Below are positions 45,101 through 55,296 of a stretch of DNA of 64,000 nt, piece by piece. Made by a program: the position numbers and the translations under genes. Under the pieces are notes generated by a model. It had not been told where the DNA came from, did not search any database, and worked only from the letters and a program-made list of their open reading frames with translations. Location of the stretch: NCBI RefSeq assembly GCF_022539665.2, contig NC_081333.1, positions 6,944,001-7,008,000 on the forward strand, written 5' to 3'. This stretch comes from Daphnia carinata. Taxonomy: Eukaryota. Numbering within the stretch: position 1 is the stretch's first letter; each line of letters begins with the position of its first letter.

Positions 45101-48100
45101 TCTGCTAGCCTAATTTGAGCTTGTTCATTGATACTCCTTGTCTAAAGAAATGGAGCGCAGAATTTTTTTTTTTAGAACTTGATTACGTAAGCCTGTACGA
45201 AGGCCCTTAATCTTTACGAAAAGCATCTGGCAAATGTATTTTGTGTTGTTGCTTCTTTTTTTTTTTTTTACTTAACCATCTCTTAAATCATTATCACACA
45301 GTTGGTGATCAAAGAGATGAACCGACTGGGCGTCATCGTCGACCTGTCGCACGCATCGTCTGCCACCATGCACCACGCGCTGGACGCCAGCCGAGCGCCG
45401 GTCATCTTCTCCCACTCGTCGACGCGGGCCCTGTGCAACATCACCCGAAACGTGCCGGACGACGTCCTCAAAAGACTGGTAAATATTCACAAAACACTTT
45501 CTAAGTCAACAGCAAACAGGCACATACAAGAACAAACCTCTTTCTTCCTATTTTTTTTTACTCTTGCCAAACATATATGCCCACGCGTAGAAAACATAAA
45601 TAATATATCGGCCTCTGATAGGAAGGATACAGCCTAGAGCGATTCTGTGAGCCACTATACGAGCTTGTAGTTCTGAAGAAAGATAAACCCCGCAGCAGAC
45701 GAGTAGTATTTGCACTGCCATGAATCCCGCCGAAACGTTGTACAGCATAAGCGCAACGTTCTCGTCATTATCTTTTACTTGTGTACAAGGAACAGCTTCG
45801 GGGTGGGCAAAAAAAACAAGAAAACACAACGTTTACAACGTCTTTTAAAAGCTCCAGACATTTTCGTTTATAGACGAAATAGCTATTCATTTTATTTAAC
45901 CGATGGTAGGCAAAGAACTTGCCTACTCCACTTCAGCGTATGTGCAGTTGTTCGTGGCCGAGATCCATCTTATACGCCTCCACATTTTACTTTTTTCCTT
46001 CCACTTGTGTCTGCTGGTTATTTTCGGGATATCATTGGCTTTCGGGCAAGTGGCCACAAGGACACCTAATCGCTCGGTTGCCCCGGCGATCACACTACGT
46101 CTACTACAACGTAACGACCGAAACTGTATATTCCTGTATCGTCCATGGGCACCATACCACTGGTCGACAAATGAAAACAAACATGCAGCTGAGTAATTAA
46201 CGATTAAAAGAGGCCAAAGTTTTGCTGCGTGCTGGAGAGAGTTGTTTGTTTTATATGGCATCCCATTTTCTTTTGTTGCTCTTGTTGTATAGTCGTCGTT
46301 GTTTTCTAACCTCGCACCGAGTTGTCTGGACAACAGTCAACACGACAACTCACTCCCGCCCGTGCCTATTACAACTTTTCTTGGGCACAGATGGAGCGAG
46401 AGGAGGAAGAGGACCCATGTAAAAAAGGCGACGTAAAGAGTGGTTCCTTATAACTCGAGATAAGTAAGTAAATAAACAGAGAGGCGAGTAGGAGAAACAG
46501 AGAAGTGGAAATTAAAAAAAAAAAAAAGAGAAAAACTCGCGTGTTTCTAGAAAGAAACTTGGTTAATTATTGGATGGGAAATGTCCGGGCAGACTTTCAC
46601 TTTCCACTTAGACTCCAGATACAACAACAAATAGTAATAACTACGCGCGAGAAAACATACAGCAAGAGCTACGTATGGGTTTGTTTTGGGGAAGAAACAG
46701 CAAAACTCTTGTGAATCGCAAAGGTAATGCCCATTCGTTTCCATAAGCGACGGCGCACTTAGGAGTTGCGGTATCGATTTGTTTTCTTTTCCTATTCTCT
46801 GTCGCCTTACGACTCCGTAAGGAAGCGCTACATAACTTTGCTGACCCCAGTCGCTGTTTGCCGCACCCGTTAATCCTGTGTATATTGACTTTGCTTTTTC
46901 TTTCGTTCTTGTTGTGGTGGTGTCGGTGGCCCTTGTTTGCTTACGATTTAGGTGACCAACGGTGGTATAGTGATGGTGAGCTTCTTCAGCCTCTTCGTCA
47001 GCTGCAACAAGACGACGACCATTCCGGATGTTGTCGGTAAGTGGTTCGTCTCGTTGTGTATTTTACCTAGTGCCTTGTATACCACAGAAGATTCTTCCCT
47101 CAACCACATTTGTTCTTCTTCATCACCAGCTACGAACATCCAGTGCATCGATTTTTATTTTTTGTTCCAGTTGTTTTTCCTCTTGGCCATCTTTTACCTT
47201 TTCCTTTCTGTTACGTTCTTCCCGACCTTCAGGTTCATATTTAAGAACGATTTTGTTGTTTACCTGTCATTGATTTCCTTTTCTTCACTTCCTTTTTCTC
47301 TGACTTGTCTCGATAAATGACGTGTTTTTTCTCATCTCCTGTTGTGGACACCCTTCGGAACAAAACTAAAGCGCACATCAATCACATCCGGCGTGTCGCT
47401 GGGATCGATCACGTTGGCATTGGAGCAGGTTACGACGGCATCAACACGTACGTCTTCCTACACGGCGGAGGAAATTATTGATTCCTCCGTCTTGATTGTT
47501 GTGTTTACTTTCACCATTGGGACTTCTTGTAAGAAGCTTATATGCGTGCTTGTATCATTTCCTGCCTGGAATCATAGGACGCCTCAAGGACTGGAAGATG
47601 TTTCCAAGTATCCGTACCTTTTTGCCGAACTGTTGCAAGATCCAACATGGTCGGAGGAGGATCTGAGAAAGCTGGCTGGATTAAACTTTCTCCGAGTATT
47701 TCGGCAAGTCGAAAAGGTATTTGATTAGCTGCATTTGAAGGTTATGTTGTACACGCGGAGGAAGTGACGTGCGTTTTGTACAGACACACAGACACACACA
47801 CAACAAAAGGCTCTTAATGACATTGAAATGGCGTAACACTACAACAAGTAGTAACAAATTCGTTATCTTCATTCTTTTGCGCGTGTGGGCGTAAGGCAAG
47901 TCATCATTGGGGATTTACTCCTTCGTGTGCTTGCATCCGCAAAGCGTAGTAGACTCGAGAAACCCCACTATCGTATGCGTACAATCTGTTTTACTTTCTG
48001 TACATTTGTCTTCGTACTCATTGCTTTTATTTTTATTTAGCAAAGAAAAAAAAATATCCTTTTTGCGTTTCCTTAAAAAATACAAATAAAATAATAATAA

Positions 48101-48805
48101 TAATCTGTAGGTGACTCGGTACATTTTAGAGAGAATTCCTGTAGGCAAAAATTTGGAGGGTTCAGTTTTGTAATACCTTTGAATGCACTGCTAGGGATTT
48201 TCCACTACTGAATAAATCATTCGCAGCTATAGGCAGTTATCTCCTTGTTTTCTTTCGACGTTTAGAAGCGCAATCCGTGCGTGAGTTTGTTAGCAGAGAG
48301 CTCCCTCTATCATCCGTTTTCCTTTCCCTCTCTGGATCTTCCTGTCTTCTTCACCGTTATTTTGCTGTCTCTCAATTTCTTTTTATAAATAAATATACGA
48401 TGGAATGTAAAAATAAAGAACTCGAGGCCGGATGGAATTGGTTGGTGTAATAGGACCAAAGTGCCCGTGCGCACCTGAATAGCCTCATTTTCCCATACAC
48501 GGAGAAATCGATCGTGCAGTGATCTTTTTAAATATTACTAACGTACTGTATATACTAACGTAATGTAGGCATACTTTTCTTTTTTAAACTTCTCAATGGA
48601 AAAAGTGGGTGTAGAATTCTGTCGTTATTAGTCATGCTTTTGGATTCTTAATGATTCGATCTCTAATTGATTGATCAAGGTTCGAGAGGATCTTCGACGA
48701 GCCAACACCTTGGCCGACGAGACGTCCATCACCAACGAAGAGCTGAAAGGACAACTCCAGTGCGTCTACCAGGAGCGCAGCGCCGTTCAATCGGTTGTCA
48801 CTTGA
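19910..48805 (+). CDS. Membrane dipeptidase (peptidase M19, renal dipeptidase/DPEP family) homologue, type-II membrane topology, about 609 aa, 12 exons
   Basis: Exons 19910-20077, 30690-31065 (GC donor), 35694-35862, 40543-40702, 41135-41267, 42523-42673, 42835-42904, 45302-45478, 46952-47036, 47372-47447, 47578-47716, 48680-48805. All are phase-compatible; total 1830 nt. Family motifs: [105 protein letters not shown] segment [24 protein letters not shown]. The first two exons are less certain than exons 3-12. Confidence 0.88.
37014..37033 (+). repeat. (TG)10 microsatellite
   Basis: Direct read; intronic. Confidence 0.9.
37793..37820 (+). other. tRNA-derived B-box/T-arm fragment in a dipeptidase intron
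   Basis: AGACCCGAGTTCGAATCTCGTCACAGTC matches the minus strand of 377-404 (AGACCCGAGTTCGATCCCAGCCACAGTC) at 23 of 28 positions. Confidence 0.5.
38344..38376 (+). repeat. (TTC)11 microsatellite
   Basis: Direct read; intronic. Confidence 0.9.
42718..42736 (+). repeat. (TG)9 microsatellite
   Basis: Direct read; inside a 161-bp intron. Confidence 0.85.
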
Positions 48806-50405
48806 TGAGCGGAACTTCTTTGAATACCGATTATATCCCCATTTTCGTTTCTCAAACCATGTCTCTATTGCCATCTGCCCCATCAGCAAACCTTGTTTTT
48901 CCTAAATCCCCCTCCTACCAACTCTTAGCCAACAGATGGGAAATTTATGTACAGACATGCATTTTCCGAGGAGATGGAATAATATGATCCTTATTCACTC
49001 GCTCCCTTTCATCCGCCTTTCGTTTCAGATTGTATTTATACCTTTATTTACGTTGCGTTATTGTTGTTATACTGTTACCGTCGTATTGCCTCCTTCGTGG
49101 AGCGCCACCTGAAAATAAGTAAAGCAAGCGAGCTGAAACCTGCAGCAATGAAGAGAAATATTGTCCTACGGATAGGGTTTTTTGTTTCCCATACCATCCC
49201 CTTTACAAGCAATCATGACAGCGCTATCATGACGTGGAATTTTATATTCCATGTTTTCATGATTGTTTAAGTCCCCTTTCTCGTATTATTTTAACATTTA
49301 TTTGTTGCCGTCTGTTTGCGTCGAAACGTGTTTTTCTGCCTACTGTGTAGGCGTGGACAAGTATGTGAATATCTTTTTGTATTGCGATGACATTTCGGTT
49401 GACATAAACGGTTGGAATTTTGTTTTGGATTGTAGACCACAGACAAGGAAGACCCGAAACATTTATTACTGTGGTAACAGTTGAAGTACTTCATATTAAT
49501 AGTAATGGTCGGAACTTTATTTTGGTTTTTACACAAAACTTTCACTATGTTCGTCTAGTTCTATGCACTAATTTACTTTTTTCATTTTCCAAGTTTTGAC
49601 TACATTTATTTCAATGTTCACGTCGCAAATCCAGACAATGTTAATAGTGGCCTTCGCCAGTGCCCCAGTCTTTTTGTATTTTAGAGCGAATCCATATCTG
49701 GTCTTGATTCATTTTTCTCCTCTTTTTACAGAAGTTTTGCTGAAAAAGTTCCCCAAAGGAATCGAGCAACCGAAGCGTTTGGGACATAAAACTTTTGATT
49801 GCACAAAAAACCGGCGCTGTCTTTTTGCTGTCCTGACGCAGAAAGTGTGAGCGCTTTCTTTAAAAGCGTCGTCAACGGGGAACTATAGGGCTTGATCAAG
49901 AAACTTCCCACTGAGTTCGTTAACTGATTTCTTCTAACTTTGAAAATAACAATACTCTTTCTAGTAATGCTGCTGACATGGAAAAGGGTGGCAGCTATAT
50001 TAAATAGGATTGGATAATTACGGAACGCCGTTTGCTTAAAAAAAAAAAAATAGATTACTCCTGTTCTGTTGTTAATCCATGAACTATACCAAGAGAGGGG
50101 TGTATTCTGTTGCCAATCCATGAAGTTTCCCGATAGGAATTCTGTCTAGGTACCACTGAACCGTTCTTTACGATATTTTTCTCGGTAGATGGCGATAGCT
50201 GTAATACGGATTCGACACAGGTTTCGGGGATTTCAGAAATGTTTTATACATTTTCTCAGATATCGTGCAGTTGCTTCCAAACTGATGTTGTCGAGTAGCT
50301 GACGTGACGGCGGAGTGCAACGTAACGTTTTCTACATTATAACTGTCTTAATTAGGGAGGGCGCGGCAATGAAACTCAACCATAGGTTTTCCGAGTGTTC
50401 ATAGT

Positions 50406-50420
50406 CGCCGCTAGATGGCG
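50406..50420 (+). promoter_or_regulatory. Candidate CTCF-type insulator motif
   Basis: CGCCGCTAGATGGCG matches the CCRCYAGRKGGCR core. A partial copy, CGGTAGATGGCG, lies near 50182-50194. Confidence 0.3.
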
Positions 50421-50681
50421 TTAACTCTTTTAAATGCTAGGGGGAAAGGTATGGCATATGGCAATCCGTTTTACCCCCAAAAAAAAAAAATTCGCCAAAG
50501 AAAAAAAAAATTCGCCAAAGAAAAAAATAATTCACACTTTTTTCTTTTTTTCCGACACGTAGCCACTACCGCTCAGACCCGTTATTACTGGCGTAGGCAA
50601 TTTCAGTCCATTGGATGCCATTCGCAGTAAGTTCAGTAGCGTGGATGGAGAATAACGCTTGGCTGGAGGAACAATTGAAAA

Positions 50682-51258
50682 ATGGATAAGATAATACAAC
50701 AAAAGGATGGTAAGTTTAAACATTATTATATTGGTTTTCAGTTATTAATTATTGTTTATTAGATCAAATTATGAAGCTGCAGGCCCAATTATTGGAACAA
50801 CACAAAATATTAGATAACAGCAAAGCTAAGGATGGTAAGGCCTAATACGTAATGATTCTATTTATTTGCTTTTATTCATTTGTGTTTTGTAGCTCAAATT
50901 TTGAGTCTACAAGCTCAGGTAGGGGAAAAGAACAAATTGGAACGGAACAGTTTCCAAACAGTGAAGGAGGTTTTTCCAAACTCATCCCTAACTGAACATG
51001 AGGATGAATTGGCATTAGGCGAACACAGTCAGGTACCTAAACTTTTCAAATAAGAATTCAAAATAAGTATAGAATTTTAACAAACAATTATTTATTGTTT
51101 AGTTATTCAGTCTACCACCTGACAGTGTGTTAAAGTTAAATTCTGTTAGTGCTGCACTAAAAGAATTGTTAGTAATAAGTCCATGCAGCGAAGGAAGTGA
51201 ACAATTGTGGAACTGTATTTGGGTTGAAAATGGGTGTGGTATGGAAACCCAGAAATAG
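50682..51258 (+). CDS. Spliced 131-aa coiled-coil ORF in the left palindrome arm (possibly a truncated or pseudogenised longer gene)
   Basis: Exons 50682-50709, 50763-50834, 50893-51032, 51103-51258 with GT-AG introns of 53, 58 and 70 bp. The frame is open: MDKIIQQKDDQIMKLQAQLLEQHKILDNSKAKDAQILSLQAQVGEKNKLERNSF...GCGMETQK*. Confidence 0.5.
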
Positions 51259-52831
51259 CATGAGTTCAACATAAAACATGAATTAGGTACTTTTCGGTTT
51301 TTTGTCTATCAAAAGAGTATTTTTAATGCTATTATTTTGCATTCACAGAATTTTAGTGGGAGATCAAGTCAAGTCTCGAAGTGTTACAGGATGGAAGAGT
51401 GAGCCTACAGTTGAAAAACACTGAAAGTGCATTACCATTAAGGTATGAGGTAAAGTAATAGAGTATGCAAATTGTCTAATGAGAAGTACCATCTTGTGTG
51501 AATGAATCCTGTGTAACAACAATCCTTTATAGTTCTGTCACAGCTAGAAGCCTCAAATAATTTTGCTTCTCTTGCTAAAGAACAACTTGTCCTTTACGTT
51601 CAGAGTGTTGGTGAAGCTGGGTACTTAAATGGCCCTAAAGATGTTTCATTTCGTTTGGCATTGCAGCAATGAACATCATACATGGACTCTTTAGGTATGA
51701 AAGGAATTTTCTTGAAAATTTTTTGAATTTATGACAAAGCATTTCTCCTGCTTTTTGCCAACCATGTCTAATCTAAAAAAAAAATTTATCCTATAGGAAA
51801 GGATTTTCAGCATACTGGGAACACAACTATCAACAATGCAACATTCTAGGGGTGCTATTTTATCATTCAAGAGCCTTATACAATGATTTTCATCTGCAAT
51901 TTGTATGGCCTTTGCCAAGCTTCTGCCAGAAGTTGAATCTATAAGTCATGTAAGTCACATGAGCAACAATTGAGATGCTTAATGGTGTTGTTTTTCTTTT
52001 CTCAGCATAGGTTAATAGTAACATTGGATCTGAAAAGATTCTTGGTTGGGTCAAGACACTGAATAAATTGTATTGATTCGATGGATGACATGACATTTCT
52101 ATACTTAATTCGGATTCCCCAGACGGTATTTGATATTTAAAAAATTGAAGTGCATATCTGGGCTCCCTTCCTTTCCGTAGCCCCGTTTCCCCTTGACTCG
52201 TAATAAGCCCGTAGGGGGTCATGCCCCTACTGTACGGTATATATAAAAACAACATATACCGAGGTTTGGAGGGCTCTGGCCGGAAAGGGGACGTGGGGGT
52301 CCGCGTAGTCCGATGATGTGTTCACGGAGGGCGACGTGGCTACCCACAAATCCGAACTAAAGGTTAATCGCTCCTGTAAAAATGTTCCAAATCTTCAGCT
52401 CTTCTTCCGGCTTCTCTTAGCCAATCACCGGGTAATCTCCCCGGTGGGTCAACAAGGCAGTGTCTCCCCCTGCCTGGGTTGACGGCAACTTTTGAAAGGG
52501 CTATTATGCCTTTTTAAAGTTGCAAAAATAATTGTAATGTGCAGAGAATTGTCAATAAAATTTTTTTTATAAAATGTTTTATCCAAAATTTGTTTCTTTC
52601 ATTGTCTGTGTTAGCCGTGTTCACACATTACATTTATCAACTTTTTTTTTTTTTGCTTTGCTTTGTTTTTGTCACCTTTGATGGTAAGCATTGTTTCCAT
52701 TGGTTTATCGTTTATCTGTAAGTATTCAATTAATATTTATTACACTCTTGAATTTTTCCACTTAGATTCAAGGAACAACATGTAATATCTGGATATTTTT
52801 TGAAGTAATTTTGTACTTTGTTTTACCCGTA

Positions 52832-52887
52832 TGGGAACCGATCCCCAGACATTCAGCGTGCAACGCCGATGCTCTAACATTGAGCCA
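52832..52887 (-). pseudogene. tRNA-like module (Ala-like, TGC), no acceptor stem, in the palindrome spacer
   Basis: Minus strand TGGCTCAATGTTAGAGC-A-TCGGCG-TTGCA-CGCTGA-ATGTC-TGGGGATCGGTTCCCA. Confidence 0.55.
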
Positions 52888-52997
52888 CTAGATATATCTA
52901 AATATTTTATTATCGCATATTATATGTTATTGTCTAGGATATTTATGCAGTCTTTCACAAGTATATGTTTATCTTTCTATTTCTTTCATAAGGTTCA

Positions 52998-53053
52998 TAG
53001 CTCTGTGGTAGAGCCTTCAGTTGCGACACCTGTTACCCTGGGATCAAACCTCA
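52998..53053 (+). pseudogene. Degenerate tRNA-like module in the palindrome spacer
   Basis: TAGCTCTGTGGTAGAGC (A box/D arm) ... CTGGGATCAAACCTCA (degenerate B box). Confidence 0.45.
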
Positions 53054-53184
53054 TTAGATGTTTAAATATGAAGTAGAATAAATGTAGAAGAGTATATTGC
53101 AGAATTGCATTTCCTTTTTATTCTAAGTGTAAATGCAAGTCCACAAGTAACTAGAAAAAAGCCAACTTGACATCATATGATTCA

Positions 53185-53241
53185 TGGCTCATTGGTAGAG
53201 CATCGGCGCGGTATGCCGAACATCCAGGGTTCGATCCCTGG
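53185..53241 (+). pseudogene. tRNA-like module with intact D, anticodon and T arms but no acceptor stem
   Basis: GCTC/GAGC D stem, TCGGC/GCCGA anticodon stem (loop GCGGTAT), CCAGGG-TTCGAT-CCCTGG T arm. Good A box TGGCTCATTGG and B box GGTTCGATCCC. The flanks do not pair. Confidence 0.7.
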
Positions 53242-54719
53242 ATAATAATAGAATACTAACATATAAACGATAAACCAATGGAAACAATGCTTAATGCTTA
53301 AGGTGACAAAAACAAAAAATGCGAAGAAAAAAAAAAAGTTGATAAATGTAATGTGTGAACACGGCTAACACAGACAATGAAAGAAACAAATTTTGGATAA
53401 AACATTTTATAAAAAAAATTTTATTGACAATTCTCTGCACATTACAATTATTTTTGCAACTTTAAAAAGGCATAATAGCCCTTTCAAAAGTTGCCGTCAA
53501 CCCAGGCAGGGGGAGACACTGCCTTGTTGACCCACCGGGGAGATTACCCGGTGATTGGCTAAGAGAAGCCGGAAGAAGAGCTGAAGATTTGGAACATTTT
53601 TACAGGAGCGATTAACCTTTAGTTCGGATTTGTGGGTAGCCACGTCGCCCTCCGTGAACACATCATCGGACTACGCGGACCCCCACGTCCCCTTTCCGGC
53701 CAGAGCCCTCCAAACCTCGGTATATGTTGTTTTTATATATACCGTACAGTAGGGGCATGACCCCCTACGGGCTTATTACGAGTCAAGGGGAAACGGGGCT
53801 ACGGAAAGGAAGGGAGCCCAGATATGCACTTCAATTTTTTAAATATCAAATACCGTCTGGGGAATCCGAATTAAGTATAGAAATGTCATGTCATCCATCG
53901 AATCAATACAATTTATTCAGTGTCTTGACCCAACCAAGAATCTTTTCAGATCCAATGTTACTATTAACCTATGCTGAGAAAAGAAAAACAACACCATTAA
54001 GCATCTCAATTGTTGCTCATGTGACTTACATGACTTATAGATTCAACTTCTGGCAGAAGCTTGGCAAAGGCCATACAAATTGCAGATGAAAATCATTGTA
54101 TAAGGCTCTTGAATGATAAAATAGCACCCCTAGAATGTTGCATTGTTGATAGTTGTGTTCCCAGTATGCTGAAAATCCTTTCCTATTGGATAAATTTTTT
54201 TTTTAGATTAGACATGGTTGGCAAAAAGCAGAAGAAATGCTTTGTCATAAATTCAAAAAATTTTCAAGAAAATTCCTTTCATACCTAAAGAGTCCATGTA
54301 TGATGTTCATCGCTGCAATGCCAACGAAACGAAACATCTTTAGGGCCATTTAAGTACCCAGCTTCACCAACACTCTGAACGTAAAGGACAAGTTGTTCTT
54401 TAGCAAGAGAAGCAAAATTATTTGAGGCTTCTAGCTGTGACAGAACTATAAAGGATTGTTGTTACACAGGATTCATTCACACAAGATGGTACTTCTCATT
54501 AGACAATTTGCATACTCTATTACTTTACCTCATACCTTAATGGTAATGCACTTTCAGTGTTTTTCAACTGTAGGCTCACTCTTCCATCCTGTAACACTTC
54601 GAGACTTGACTTGATCTCCCACTAAAATTCTGTGAATGCAAAATAATAGCATTAAAAATACTCTTTTGATAGACAAAAAACCGAAAAGTACCTAATTCAT
54701 GTTTTATGTTGAACTCGTG

Positions 54720-55296
54720 CTATTTCTGGGTTTCCATACCACACCCATTTTCAGCCCAAATACAGTCCCACAATTGTTCACTTCCTTCGCTGCATGGACT
54801 TATTACTAACAATTCTTTTAGTGCAGCACTAACAGAATTTAACTTTAACACACTGTCAGGTGGTGGACTGAATAACTAAACAATAAATAATTGTTTGTTA
54901 AAATTCTATACTTATTTTGAATTCTTATTTGAAAAGTTTAGGTACCTGACTGTGTTCGCCTAATGCCAATTCATCCTCATGTTCAGTTAGGGATGAGTTA
55001 GGAAAAACCTCCTTCACTGTTTGGAAACTGTTCCGTTCCAATTTGTTCTTTTCCCCTACCTGAGCTTGTAGACTCAAAATTTGAGCTACAAAACACAAAT
55101 GAATAAAAGCAAATAAATAGAATCATTACGTATTAGGCCTTACCATCCTTAGCATTGCTGTTATCTAATATTTTGTGTTGTTCCAATAATTGGGCCTGCA
55201 GCTTCATAATTTGATCTAATAAACAATAATTAATAATTGAAAACCAATATAATAATCTTTATACTTACCATCCTTTTGTTGTATTATCTTATCCAT
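54720..55296 (-). CDS. Mirror copy of the spliced 131-aa coiled-coil ORF (right palindrome arm)
   Basis: Reverse complement of 50682-51258. Splice sites and frame are kept; substitutions seen are K>N, L>P, N>D, V>A and one synonymous change. Confidence 0.5.

Noticed and set aside
53185..53241. Functional tRNA-Thr(GGT) gene
   Set aside because: No acceptor stem, and the anticodon loop lacks U33. Recorded as a tRNA-like module only.
53575..53600. CTGAAGA in the hairpin island as a hammerhead ribozyme core (Penelope-like)
   Set aside because: No stem II plus GAAA follows (the sequence is TTTGGAAC), and no stem III or cleavage triplet is present.
51691..54288. Duplicated 121-aa and 75-aa ORFs (MLFLYIPYSRG..., MAKAIQIADEN...) as genes or a transposase
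   Set aside because: Their duplication only reflects the inverted repeat. They have non-ATG starts and no DDE or other recognisable motif.
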